Shown piece after piece: positions 46,503 through 55,525 of a stretch of 64,000 nucleotides of DNA; within the stretch, counting starts at the first letter, position 1; each line of letters opens with the position of its first letter. The position numbers were made by a program, and so were the translations under genes. Source of the stretch: a virus (Duplodnaviria > Caudoviricetes); the IMG/VR virus record IMGVR_UViG_3300037467_001904, positions 1-64,000 of that record; one strand, written 5' to 3'. The notes beneath the pieces were generated by a model that saw nothing but the letters and a program-made list of their open reading frames with translations, was not told the origin of the DNA and did no database searches.

Positions 46503-47093
46503 ATGAACCGCTTCTATCTCGCGGCGCTGCTGGCGTTCGCGCTGGTGACGTCTGTCTTCTTCCACCCCATCGTCGGCCTGGTGGTCTTTGCCGCCGGCGT
46601 CGTCGCCCCAATGCTTCCGGCCTACGCCTGGGCTGGCGCCGTGGCGTTCGTCGCTCTGGTTGCTCCCGCCTGGGCTGCCGACGACACCACCGTGTCCCTC
46701 GGCGGCCTCGTCACGGCCCTGCTTCCTTATTTCGAAGCCGCTGTCGCTGCCCTGCTCACGGCTCTGATTGCCTGGGCCGCTCAGGCCATCCAGAAGTGGC
46801 TTGGCATCCAACTCGATCAGTCCAGCCGTGATGCCCTGCATAGCGCCGCGATGACCGGCGTCAACATGGCGCTATCTCGGCTCAGCCAATCCGCCGCCAA
46901 CCTCACCTTTGATGCGAAGTCGGCCGTCATCGCCCAGGCGATCGAATGGGTGGAATCGAGCGTGCCCGATGCGCTGAAGCACTTTGGTCTGACGCCGGAG
47001 CAGCTCGAGGCGCTGATCGAGTCCAAACTCGGCATCGCGGCGGCTGCGGCCACGCCGGCCGTCGTCGCGCCCGCGCCGGCGCCTGCGGGATGA
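46503..47093 (+). CDS. Putative holin
   Basis: Same protein as 909-1499. Confidence 0.6.
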   Translation: MNRFYLAALLAFALVTSVFFHPIVGLVVFAAGVVAPMLPAYAWAGAVAFVALVAPAWAADDTTVSLGGLVTALLPYFEAAVAALLTALIAWAAQAIQKWLGIQLDQSSRDALHSAAMTGVNMALSRLSQSAANLTFDAKSAVIAQAIEWVESSVPDALKHFGLTPEQLEALIESKLGIAAAAATPAVVAPAPAPAG

Positions 47094-47371
47094 GCGCCTT
47101 CCTCAAGGCCCTGGTGGCGGCGCTAATTTCCGGCGTCGCCAGCGCTCTCCTTGCTTGGCGAGACAAGGCGAAAGCCGACAAGGATGCCGAGGCTGTAGCG
47201 GTGGGAGACGCCGCCACCGAAACCCAACAGGTCATTACCGGAGTAGCCGATGCGCGCTCGCAACTTACTCCCGCTGGCTCTGCTGGCGATCTGGCTGCAA
47301 GGCTGCGCGCACGAGCCGCCGCCGAAGGCGGTGATAGCGGTTCCGGCGAAAACGGCAAATCGAGCGGCTGA
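47090..47371 (+). CDS. Putative inner-membrane spanin
   Basis: Paralog of 1496-1777. Confidence 0.6.
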   Translation: MSAFLKALVAALISGVASALLAWRDKAKADKDAEAVAVGDAATETQQVITGVADARSQLTPAGSAGDLAARLRARAAAEGGDSGSGENGKSSG

Positions 47372-47534
47372 GATCAAGCGTCAGCTCGCCCCGATCTGCC
47401 CGAACCCGTTGCCGGCGGCCTCGCTCAACCGGGCTGCCGACTATCTGGACGCTCACGCCGACGCCTTTCCTGTCGTGTCCGATCTCGACCGGCTCGACCG
47501 CGAGGCACGGCTATGTCGGGGAATGAAGCCATGA
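47250..47534 (+). CDS. Putative outer-membrane spanin lipoprotein
   Basis: LALLAIWLQGC lipobox. Confidence 0.7.
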   Translation: MRARNLLPLALLAIWLQGCAHEPPPKAVIAVPAKTANRAAEIKRQLAPICPNPLPAASLNRAADYLDAHADAFPVVSDLDRLDREARLCRGMKP

Positions 47535-47872
47535 GCAAGATCGACGAGACGAGTGGCGCCGGCCAGAAAGAGCATTGGACCGTGGACAAGAAAATTCCGG
47601 CCGCGCTGTTGCTGGCCATCGCGTTCCAGACTGGAACCGCCATCTGGTGGGCAAGCGGCGCAAGCAGTCGACTTTCCGCGGTGGAAGAGCGAAACCTGAG
47701 GCTCGAAATGGAAGTTGGTAAACTGAGAGATAGCAGCGGTGATATTCGCGAGCGCTTCGCCAAGGCTGAAACCACCATGCAGGCCTTCGTGGAGACCACA
47801 CGGCGGATCGAGTCGAAACTCGATCGGCTCCTTGATGAAAAAGATCAGACCCGTACGTTCGGCCCACGCTGA
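47531..47872 (+). CDS. N-terminal TM + coiled-coil protein (lysis-associated)
   Basis: WTVDKKIPAALLLAIAFQTGTAIWWAS, then heptads. Confidence 0.65.
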   Translation: MSKIDETSGAGQKEHWTVDKKIPAALLLAIAFQTGTAIWWASGASSRLSAVEERNLRLEMEVGKLRDSSGDIRERFAKAETTMQAFVETTRRIESKLDRLLDEKDQTRTFGPR

Positions 47873-47876
47873 ATCT

Positions 47877-48300
47877 AAAGAAAAGCCCGGCGGTGCTGGA
47901 GGCGCGCCGGGTTGAGAGTGGGGTTGACATTGCAGCGTATACTATTGCTGGAGAGCGACACGCCGCACGGAATTTGTAGCTCAATCTTCGAGCCACGACA
48001 ACAATCCGTCAGCTTGGCAATTTCTGCCCGCTTGAGATGATTACAAGAAAAAGCCCGGCCGTGTCGGGCGGGCCGGGCGAGGTGGGTTGCCGTGACGCCT
48101 CAATGCGTCACACGCCATAATTGCACATTCTGTCGTGATACCACCGTGAAAAAGAAAACGCCCGCTTCTCGAGACAGAAGCGGGCCAGGCGGGTCAACAG
48201 GGGCCCGTAAGATACACAACCACTGACAAAAAAAGAATGCCCGCTTTCCTTTGAGGCGAGCGGGCAAGTTTTGGGCTGTTGTCGCATAGCGACAGCTCAG
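47877..48300 (-). ncRNA. Array of four short hairpin/U-tract units (candidate sRNAs)
   Basis: Minus-strand terminator stems at 47886-47911, 48053-48078, 48160-48185 and 48238-48266; no ORF of note. Confidence 0.4.
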
Positions 48301-48328
48301 AACTCTTACCATTCTGATTAAGTTCCAC

Positions 48329-48390
48329 CGCCGCACTGACAGCGGCACACTGGCCCCTGGTCCTTCGGGATCGGGGGCTTTTTTGCGTTT
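48329..48390 (+). terminator. Second copy of the two-hairpin/UUCG terminator element
   Basis: Identical to 2387-2436. Confidence 0.65.
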
Positions 48391-48446
48391 CAGGGGTCTC
48401 GTTTCCGGAAACGAGACCCCCATGCCTTGTGCAGGACGGCCAATCC

Positions 48447-48698
48447 TCAACCGTCTTTATCGGAGAGCCGACGCACTTCGGCATCGGTAGCTGCTGCCAA
48501 AGCAGACGAGATGAAATCGACCAGGTCGCCTTTTTCCTCTTCGATTTCGGCAGGGGTAATCCCGCCCGCCTTGGCCTCTGCTACCATTACATCTGCCAGT
48601 TCCCGCGCTCGTGAATCGTCACCGTCCGGCGCATAGGCCTCTGCATTGATATTCTCGGCGACCCAGCGGTCGGCGAACTCGGCGCCCCTCGCGCTCAT
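48447..48698 (-). CDS. DUF768-like small protein
   Basis: MSARGAEFADRWVAENI...AKAGGITPAEIEEEKG. Confidence 0.6.
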   Translation of the reverse strand: MSARGAEFADRWVAENINAEAYAPDGDDSRARELADVMVAEAKAGGITPAEIEEEKGDLVDFISSALAAATDAEVRRLSDKDG

Positions 48699-48881
48699 TG
48701 CTGTTCCTCCTTGGAAATACTGGGAACCGCACTACCGAGTCTCGGTCGTGACGAGGACGTGAAATGGCTCTGGCAAGGGGAATTGAAAAATTGTGCCGAC
48801 TCTTGTGCGGCGGATATCCACCGTCTGTTCTCACTTGTCCGCGATGTCCGCGAGAAAAACCGAGCTATTTCAAGGTGGTGC

Positions 48882-48933
48882 TGGCTGGGGCGGGAGGGTT
48901 CGAACCTCCGAATGGCGGAATCAAAATCCGCTG
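48882..48933 (-). pseudogene. 3' part of tRNA-Gln(TTG); right att of prophage B
   Basis: CAGCGGATTTTGATTCCGCCATTCGGAGGTTCGAACCCTCCCGCCCCAGCCA; full anticodon arm but no D-arm or 5' acceptor strand. Confidence 0.9.
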
Positions 48934-49008
48934 TCTACTTGTCTGAATGCGCATAGGCCGTAATCAATAATCGGTCTCCGCTGAGGCGATGGAAATGGAG
49001 GCAGGTGC

Positions 49009-49440
49009 TCAAAAATCTGTTTCAATCTTTCCCAGCGGCATTACCCAATCGTCAGATGGCCGCTTCCATGGCCGCTCTTTATGAGTGGCTACCTCAATTC
49101 TCGTTACACTGGGCCCCACCGGAGGAAACTCGAACCAATTTTCCTCACCATGCCCGCCTGGGCGTGGCGACTTGCAAAACACGTGATAATCCTTCCTAGC
49201 AAGCACCTGATTGCCGGACCAATAGACTACATTCATAACCACCCACATCGGGACCCAAGGACGCCCATTGCTGACTTTTACAGTAATATTGCCGCCGTTG
49301 TTCTCCCAAATATCCACAAACTGGCTTCGATCATCCTCATTGAAGCCATGAACGCCTGTCGCACGATATGCCCAAGCGCGCTCCAAGGGGCCGATCAACA
49401 ATGTAGCTGCAATGGCCAGTATCGCTTGTATTTTCGGCAT
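49009..49440 (-). CDS. Secreted hypothetical, low GC
   Basis: MPKIQAILAIAATLLIG signal-like N-terminus. Confidence 0.6.
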   Translation of the reverse strand: MPKIQAILAIAATLLIGPLERAWAYRATGVHGFNEDDRSQFVDIWENNGGNITVKVSNGRPWVPMWVVMNVVYWSGNQVLARKDYHVFCKSPRPGGHGEENWFEFPPVGPSVTRIEVATHKERPWKRPSDDWVMPLGKIETDF

Positions 49441-49675
49441 TCCAATCCTCCATCGATGGTACCGGGTGGAAGGGAAAGACAGCCGACGAGTCACGCTCTG
49501 GGCAAGAAGGTTTTGCTAGGTTGCCGTTGCGAGATCCATGTGGTGACTGCCTGGACACGACCAAGAAACGCCAGGGATCGTTACAGCGCCGTGACATGAC
49601 CAAGAGCCGAAAGAGATCTAACATCGCCGCACCGCCGCCGTCCCGGCGCCGTAGGGGATGCGCTGCCGACGAGAT

Positions 49676-50056
49676 TCAGAGCTGCGTCCGATAATACGTC
49701 GTCACCCCGATTGTCGCAGTCCGCTCATCGATCGCGCCGACTTCCTTGCCATTGAGCAGCCAGACCAGGCCCATGATATCATAGCGGGTCAACGGCGCCA
49801 CAGGATGCAGCCCGAACAGCTCCTCGGCCGTCCAGCCCAGTTCGGCCGCCTGGTCGCCCCAGTCCGATAGGAACTCAATCGCGTCCTTCTTCGCCTGCTC
49901 CCAGCGCCGAGGATCCGGCGTCGGGTTCTCGCGCATCAGCTTGGCGAACTCTTCGGCGAACGGACCGGTATAGGATGGAGCTCGAGCAAGGGCGGCAGGC
50001 ATCGGCATCTCTCCGTCAAACGGCAGATCGAACAGCTGCTCAGCAGGGTCGGCCAT
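49676..50056 (-). CDS. Hypothetical resembling a domain seen at the C-terminus of rhizobial replication proteins
   Basis: RWEQAKKDAIEFLSDWGDQAAELGWTAEELFG...GLVWLLNG. Confidence 0.5.
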   Translation of the reverse strand: MADPAEQLFDLPFDGEMPMPAALARAPSYTGPFAEEFAKLMRENPTPDPRRWEQAKKDAIEFLSDWGDQAAELGWTAEELFGLHPVAPLTRYDIMGLVWLLNGKEVGAIDERTATIGVTTYYRTQL

Positions 50057-50077
50057 TGTCTCTACCTCTCAACGGAC

Positions 50078-50359
50078 TCAGCGACGGAACGGTGTAGATT
50101 CGGTTTCTGTTCGCACCCAGACGACGACCCACCTGGTGCCGACTTCCCCGCCCTCCGGCTCCAGCCGGAAGCTTATGTTGTCAACGCGCACGATGATCGC
50201 AGTGAAGGTCGCGGTGACGATGAAGGCGCCCAGGCCAGGCTGCTCGCCGGGCACGAGCTCAGGCGGCTCACCCGGAAGGATCGTGGCTGGATGATTGGGC
50301 CACGGCATCTGCTTCAGCAGCAGCACAGCGCCGCGGCGAATTTCCGGCCGAGGCATCAT
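50078..50359 (-). CDS. Hypothetical protein
   Basis: Coupled to the SRAP stop. Confidence 0.5.
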   Translation of the reverse strand: MMPRPEIRRGAVLLLKQMPWPNHPATILPGEPPELVPGEQPGLGAFIVTATFTAIIVRVDNISFRLEPEGGEVGTRWVVVWVRTETESTPFRR

Positions 50360-51024
50360 TGCTGCGCGGAGCTCGCATTCGCCGGCCGGGGTACGATCAC
50401 AAGCTGATCGCCCGGCAATGGGCGCTGCAGTGCCTTCGCCTCACTCCACGGCGCCCGCATCCAGACATCTCGCTCTTCGGCTGTCGTCAGGATCACCGGC
50501 ATAGCTCGCTTGTGATGAGGCTTCACAACTGCGTTCGCGTCCGTCGTCAGGAAGCCGAAGACGTCGATCGTGACCTCGCCTTCCTTAACCTTTCGGACCG
50601 CAGTCCAGTTCGTCCAAATGCCGGCGAAGACTGCCAGAGGCTTGTTGTCGTTGAGGGCGAACCACTTCAGCGCCTTGCCGCCCTTCTCATTCTTCTCGCT
50701 GTCCGAGTATTCGGAAAAGGCGGTGAACGGCACCAGGCATCGGCTTTCCGGGCCCAGCCAGCGACGCCAGTGAGGGGAAGAGACATTGCGGATGTTGGTC
50801 ACGCCAATATCGGCCTTCTTTCCTTCCAAATACTTCGGAGGGGTTGGCATCCCCCAGCGCGCCAGCGCAAGTTCCCGGACGCCGTCGGCTCCGTCCCTTA
50901 TGATCGGCGAAGGATAATCAGGATAGACGTCGACGGCATCAGGCCAGTTGACGGTGTCGCGGATGACCGGGCCCAGAAGCCGCAATTCCTCCTGGGTCAT
51001 TTCCTGATTAAACAGATTGCACAC
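50356..51024 (-). CDS. SRAP/HMCES-family abasic-site-protecting protein (YedK-like)
   Basis: GTG start giving M-C-N-L (N-terminal Cys); VTNIRN; [11 protein letters not shown]; FAGIW; FLTT; HKRAMPVIL. Confidence 0.9.
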   Translation of the reverse strand: MCNLFNQEMTQEELRLLGPVIRDTVNWPDAVDVYPDYPSPIIRDGADGVRELALARWGMPTPPKYLEGKKADIGVTNIRNVSSPHWRRWLGPESRCLVPFTAFSEYSDSEKNEKGGKALKWFALNDNKPLAVFAGIWTNWTAVRKVKEGEVTIDVFGFLTTDANAVVKPHHKRAMPVILTTAEERDVWMRAPWSEAKALQRPLPGDQLVIVPRPANASSAQQ

Positions 51025-51034
51025 TGGCAGCTCC

Positions 51035-51418
51035 CTAGGTCGGCGAGTGGGAATCATTCTCCCAATTGCCGTCGGAAAATTCGGCAAGCTGCTGCACGGT
51101 ATAGCCAAGGCCGAAAGACGCAAGCGGTGCCGGGTTTGCCCAGCCCTGGCAGATGGCAGCGGCGGCCACTGCGCGAGCCTGCTCCCAGATGTCGGCAAGG
51201 CGCTCCTCTTCCTTCGTCACCCCACCTTCGCCCATCATCATGCCTTCGTAGGCAAAGGCGCCTTCAGCAGCTTGCTCAGGGGTGCAATTGTTCGCAGCGA
51301 AGAAAGCCAGCGCGGCAGCGTGGCCTCGTTCAAGCTCAGCCTCGGTGGCGCCGCGTAGGTAGACGCCAAGCGACTGCGAGGTTTCGGTCGGTTTCCAGGT
51401 GTCGACGGTACCGGTCAT
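51035..51418 (-). CDS. Hypothetical protein upstream of SRAP
   Basis: Same strand, 10-bp gap. Confidence 0.6.
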   Translation of the reverse strand: MTGTVDTWKPTETSQSLGVYLRGATEAELERGHAAALAFFAANNCTPEQAAEGAFAYEGMMMGEGGVTKEEERLADIWEQARAVAAAAICQGWANPAPLASFGLGYTVQQLAEFSDGNWENDSHSPT

Positions 51419-51468
51419 TTCAATGTCCTTCCGTTGTGGATCCAGGGGCGAGCGTCATAGCATGACGT

Positions 51469-51483
51469 GAACGAAATGAGAAC
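51469..51483. promoter_or_regulatory. Alphaproteobacterial LexA (SOS) box
   Basis: GAAC-GAAATGA-GAAC (GAAC-N7-GAAC) between divergent operons. Confidence 0.75.
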
Positions 51484-51539
51484 AAAAGAGTCGACTCGTC
51501 CTACAATCAGGATTAGCCTTCCTGACATGGAGACGGCGT

Positions 51540-52103
51540 ATGGAGGCCAAAATGCTGGAAAAACGACGAGTTACCGTCGATATCGATGAGAAATCCGGCC
51601 CCACCTATGAGGAAGCCATAAAGCTCGACGATCTGCGCACCAAGCTCAAGGATGCCGAGAGGGTGCAGTTGGTTCTTCTGCGCGCCTGCACGGAGATGGC
51701 GCGTGAGCTCGATCTCGCACGGGTGGAACTCAAGATCTTCGACGAAGCCAAGGCCAACCCCGGCGACGATCGGATCAGCCTTGAGGACCTTGAGCGGATG
51801 GACGGCCTGAATCCCGACTGCAGTTTCGAGGGCGTCGTCAACAGCTGGCTTCATGACGCCGGCGGCGACGCAATGCTCGCTCTTCGTCGCATGGTCCGCC
51901 GCAGCTTTGCCAACGACAATGAGCTCGATACGACCCGGCTCGCTTTATACGATCTGCAAGTGAAGCATGGCGAGAAGCCTCTTGGGATCGAGGATCCTGA
52001 GGAACTGCGCGCCCATCTGAAGACGATGTTCGATCGAGAGATGCGGGAGATTTCGGATAGATGGGTCAGCGTGAAGCTGACGCCGGACGATACCGCGAAC
52101 TGA
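51540..52103 (+). CDS. Hypothetical protein
   Basis: Divergent from the SRAP operon. Confidence 0.65.
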   Translation: MEAKMLEKRRVTVDIDEKSGPTYEEAIKLDDLRTKLKDAERVQLVLLRACTEMARELDLARVELKIFDEAKANPGDDRISLEDLERMDGLNPDCSFEGVVNSWLHDAGGDAMLALRRMVRRSFANDNELDTTRLALYDLQVKHGEKPLGIEDPEELRAHLKTMFDREMREISDRWVSVKLTPDDTAN

Positions 52104-52315
52104 TGACGACGCCGGCCCAAGAGCCGGCCCCCGATGATCTCGAAACCAGTGTCGACGACGCAATCGCAGCCTGTGAGGGCGACGCGAGGGCGGCCGTTCG
52201 TGCCCTACTGGTGGCGCTGCATCATTGCCAGGCCGAGCTCGAACAACGAAACAAAGAGATCGCGCGGCTCACGCGGGACATCTCGCGGGGCTATTCGCGC
52301 GGGCGTTATGGGTGA
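52103..52315 (+). CDS. Small hypothetical (VDDAIAACEGDARAAVRALL)
   Basis: TGATG overlap; motif common in rhizobial accessory DNA. Confidence 0.6.
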   Translation: MTTPAQEPAPDDLETSVDDAIAACEGDARAAVRALLVALHHCQAELEQRNKEIARLTRDISRGYSRGRYG

Positions 52316-52985
52316 ATTGACCTGGACTAGACATTACGGGGAGATCAAGGGGCTGAAGTTTCAGGAATATGGCCCCTTCCCTCAGACCGTTGCGGAGGCC
52401 ATCGAGCATGGCTGGACAGCCCTAATGGTCGGCCTCTGGAAATGCGAATTCAGATGCGAGCGAGAGGGCAATCTCCTCTTCCAGCAGTTGGCGGATCGAG
52501 GCGAGCAGCATTGTTCGCTTGCCTGGCTCTACGACAGCGCCGTTTGTAGGCGCTGCGGTCGCAAGCCGGAATTTTCGCATCTCGGCCATAGGTTCCGCAG
52601 GGGCGAGCTTGTTGTCTGGCATCGGCGGGCTGTCCATTTCATGGATGGCAAGGCTGTCAGCTTAGGCCTCGCCGAGGGCGCAGACATCCGACGCGGCGCC
52701 GAAAAGCTCCCGCCGGACCACAAGGTGCCGACGGTCGGCCAACTATTCCAGGAGCCGGGATGGCTCTGGATCGTGTGCGAGAAGTGCAATCGCTTTAAGC
52801 CAGTCCGAACTCAATCCCTCATACAGCGATGGGGCCGTGACACCTCGAGCAATGTGATTCTGCGCGCGATGCGCTGCAAAAGATGCCAATGGAAGCGCGC
52901 CAGGTTTCAAAGCCCAAGTTGGGGAGGCGCGCAAAACCAATGGGCGTCGTTCCCAGGAAATGAATTCAGGGACGACGAGCTCTGA
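52308..52985 (+). CDS. Protein with two Cys4 zinc-ribbon-like repeats
   Basis: LWKCEFRC...CRRCG and LWIVCEKC...CKRCQ. Confidence 0.6.
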   Translation: MGELTWTRHYGEIKGLKFQEYGPFPQTVAEAIEHGWTALMVGLWKCEFRCEREGNLLFQQLADRGEQHCSLAWLYDSAVCRRCGRKPEFSHLGHRFRRGELVVWHRRAVHFMDGKAVSLGLAEGADIRRGAEKLPPDHKVPTVGQLFQEPGWLWIVCEKCNRFKPVRTQSLIQRWGRDTSSNVILRAMRCKRCQWKRARFQSPSWGGAQNQWASFPGNEFRDDEL

Positions 52986-53208
52986 GCGCTTCGGCGATCT
53001 GACGATCTGTCTCTGCGTTCTCGGCCTTGGCCAGCATGTGGTGATCGGCAAGGCTCTGCAGCGCCAAGGTGATATCGATCGTGTCCCACCCTGCCCGCTC
53101 GGCTCGCTCGACCAGATCCTGAAAGGCACGCTCCAGAGCCTCCTCGCATTCAAGCAAGCGGTCGGAGATGTCAGCCGTTCTCTTTGGGCCGGCGATCGGT
53201 GCGCTCAT
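52966..53208 (-). CDS. Small hypothetical
   Basis: LECEEALERAFQDLVERAERAGW. Confidence 0.6.
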   Translation of the reverse strand: MSAPIAGPKRTADISDRLLECEEALERAFQDLVERAERAGWDTIDITLALQSLADHHMLAKAENAETDRQIAEALRARRP

Positions 53209-53257
53209 GGAAATCCATAATACAACACCAGTCGGGGAATTGCATTGCCCCCCGAAA

Positions 53258-53453
53258 AGGTGCGACACACGCCAGCGAAAAGCCCAACAATTCCCCTTCA
53301 CAAGGTGCGACGTCCGAAGGCCATAACTAATTGATTTTGCACAATCGTTAGTAGCCCCTAGGGCGCGCCACACTGCTAAGTCACCTCTGACTTATCAGTC
53401 ACTTACTGACCGAAATTGTCGCACCTCCCGTAACCACCCCTCAAGGTGCGACA
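53258..53453. other. attP-like site: core CCCCTAGGGCGCGCCA (53355-53370) with AGGTGCGAC(A/G) arm repeats
   Basis: Repeats at 53258, 53303, 53417 (inverted) and 53444; core reads as a tRNA T-stem 3' strand + acceptor strand + G-CCA (Glu-like). Confidence 0.7.
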
Positions 53454-54574
53454 CGGCTGTGCCGTTTCCGTTCACTCGGTTCCGTCAATACCTTGGCTGC
53501 AACGAGCGTCTCCGCGATGCGCTCGAAGCCCTTGGTCGCCAGGACGAGCGCCCTCGCCTTCTTCGTGTACGTGCCGGACTGGCGATTGTTCGCCCAGCCA
53601 TACATCGCCTCGAGCTCGACCTCTGAGCCTCCGTTTTCCGAGCAGAGCGTCGCGCCGCCTTTGCGCAGCCCGTGAGCGGTACAGTCAGGAAGCTTGGCTT
53701 CGGTGCAGCGATCCTTGAACCAATTCCCGAACGCCGCGCCAGATGCGAATGGCTTGCCATATGCCGTCAGAAGGTATGGCAGTTGATCGGTCTCGGGCAT
53801 CGACTCGATCGCTTGCACCAACGGCCAGGGCACTTCGGTGATCAAATCGGCGCCTGTCTTGCTGGTCTTGAAGTTGACCTTCCCAGAGCGAGCATGCTGG
53901 CGGCCGAACTTCGTCGCGTCGGATCTGCGGAGGCCAGTGAAGAGCAGGACCATGCACGCCAGATAGGGCATCGTGCCAATCGGGTGCCTTTTCACGTAGG
54001 CCCTGATGTCCTCGACAGTCCAGGTGTAAAATCCCTCGGTCTCGATCTTGATTTTCGGGATGCCGGCCGCCGGGCTGGTCTCGATGATCTTGACACTGAC
54101 AGCCCAGGTATACAGGGCCTTCATGGATTTCAGCCATTCGTTGGCGTTCCCTGGCACCGCCGATCGCTTCGCAACACCCTTGGCGATGTTCTCGCCGGGG
54201 ATCATCATGGGCTTGTGCCCGTGTTCCTTCTTCATTGCCTCCAGGAACTTCCGCCTTCGCTTGCGGCCGAGCGCTTCCATCCTGAGGAATTTGGTGGATT
54301 CGGTGAAATAGCGATCGATCAGCCAGCCCAGCGTCTTCGGTGCAAACGGCACCCTCGCATCATGCTTGGCAGATTTGGGCGCATTCTCTTCAACGCCGGC
54401 GAAAAGCGTTTTCACCGCGGCGCGATACTCGTCGAGAAATTCAGGCGAAGAGACCGGGTGCTTCAGCCGTATCCGCTTGCCCTTCAGGCGAGCATAGACC
54501 ACGCGCCGCCCGTGGCGGGTTTTCTCTTCGCTCAGATATTTGAGATCGACCTCCATTAGGTCAGGGTGCTTCAT
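53441..54574 (-). CDS. int: Tyrosine integrase of prophage C (start 54556-54574)
   Basis: TGLRRSD, KTSKTG, AHGLRKGG, MYGW...TY. Confidence 0.93.
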   Translation of the reverse strand: MKHPDLMEVDLKYLSEEKTRHGRRVVYARLKGKRIRLKHPVSSPEFLDEYRAAVKTLFAGVEENAPKSAKHDARVPFAPKTLGWLIDRYFTESTKFLRMEALGRKRRRKFLEAMKKEHGHKPMMIPGENIAKGVAKRSAVPGNANEWLKSMKALYTWAVSVKIIETSPAAGIPKIKIETEGFYTWTVEDIRAYVKRHPIGTMPYLACMVLLFTGLRRSDATKFGRQHARSGKVNFKTSKTGADLITEVPWPLVQAIESMPETDQLPYLLTAYGKPFASGAAFGNWFKDRCTEAKLPDCTAHGLRKGGATLCSENGGSEVELEAMYGWANNRQSGTYTKKARALVLATKGFERIAETLVAAKVLTEPSERKRHSRVAP

Positions 54575-54851
54575 CGCCCCAAGCGCCGTCAACGTCGTCT
54601 TCTGGGGATTGCGGGGACTGCTCGTCCCTGAGCTGATCAAAAGCCGAATCGAGGGCGCGCATATCCCATATCACTCGCCGGTCGATCCGGATCGGCTTCG
54701 GCATCTTGCCCGTTCCAACGAGCTCGAGGAACTTCGTCTGGCTCAAACCGATGTAGGCGGCCGCCTCTTCGCATGACAGGCCACGCCGCGGCGCCGGCGA
54801 CAGTGGCAGCACGATGGTGGTCGCGGCATCGATGGCGCGGGCGTGCTTCAT
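54561..54851 (-). CDS. Excisionase/AlpA-like HTH
   Basis: RRGLSCEEAAAYIGLSQTKFLELV..GKMPKPIRIDRRVIWD. Confidence 0.8.
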   Translation of the reverse strand: MKHARAIDAATTIVLPLSPAPRRGLSCEEAAAYIGLSQTKFLELVGTGKMPKPIRIDRRVIWDMRALDSAFDQLRDEQSPQSPEDDVDGAWGDEAP

Positions 54852-55525
54852 GCCGCCTCCTTCAACGTATCGATGTTCTGCTTATGGACATCGAAGGCGG
54901 TTGCCGAAACCCATGGATTTTCCGACCAGGAATCGGGGCCGTTGATATGCTCCCAGAGATGGCGATAGGCGTTCACGGCACTTCCGTATGTCGAGCGGAC
55001 CAAGCCGCGCCGGTCATCGATGGACAAGCCGGTCCAGGGCACCTTGTCGAGCCCTTCGCACCAGGTGCAAACGCCCTCGGCCCAGGCATCTTCCTCGCTA
55101 ATTTCTTGCAACCGCTCGACCTTGACGCCGGTCACGATCAGCGTGATGCGCGAGGCCGACCTCGGCATAAAGATTGATGGCCGCCATCCTACGGGGTCGC
55201 CGTTGTCCATTGGCTGCGCGCCAGGATCTGCGCGATAGACGACGCGCTTATGCGCTCGGCTCTGACCATCGTCGTACCAGTCATATCCCCAAGTCTCTTT
55301 GCACCAGAGCCGGTCGCCGCCGGCATAGCGCGAGCGTTCAAGATAGAACTCGCGCTCCCATGTCCGGTACGTAGGGACGCCAGCAGACACGTTGCTGCAC
55401 CACTCGTCATATTCCCAATAGGCCTCTTGCGTCTTTTGGGGAATAAGCCGCCGCGTCTGGGTCTTTGTGCCAGCGAGCAAGGCGCGTATCATCGGGGCGC
55501 TGAAAAGAATCGGGCGATCGGTCAT
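54848..55525 (-). CDS. Conserved phage early protein (ASCH/PUA-like N-terminus)
   Basis: MTDRPILFSAPMIRALLAGTKTQTRR; WRPSIFMPRSASRITL; WSENPWV. Confidence 0.75.
   Translation of the reverse strand: MTDRPILFSAPMIRALLAGTKTQTRRLIPQKTQEAYWEYDEWCSNVSAGVPTYRTWEREFYLERSRYAGGDRLWCKETWGYDWYDDGQSRAHKRVVYRADPGAQPMDNGDPVGWRPSIFMPRSASRITLIVTGVKVERLQEISEEDAWAEGVCTWCEGLDKVPWTGLSIDDRRGLVRSTYGSAVNAYRHLWEHINGPDSWSENPWVSATAFDVHKQNIDTLKEAA

Larger units (their letters stand above)
45221..47520 (+). repeat. Diverged copy of the lysis cassette at 1-1930
   Basis: Position 1 aligns to 45221; endolysins differ at 8 of 221 aa; extra gene 46136-46453 in this copy. Confidence 0.92.
2979..48933 (+). mobile_element. Prophage B, complete ~45.9 kb temperate myovirus
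   Basis: Bounded by a 48-bp direct repeat (tRNA-Gln 3' half); canonical order int-early-cI/cro-replication-terminase-head-sheath/tube-baseplate-fibres-lysis. Confidence 0.92.
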
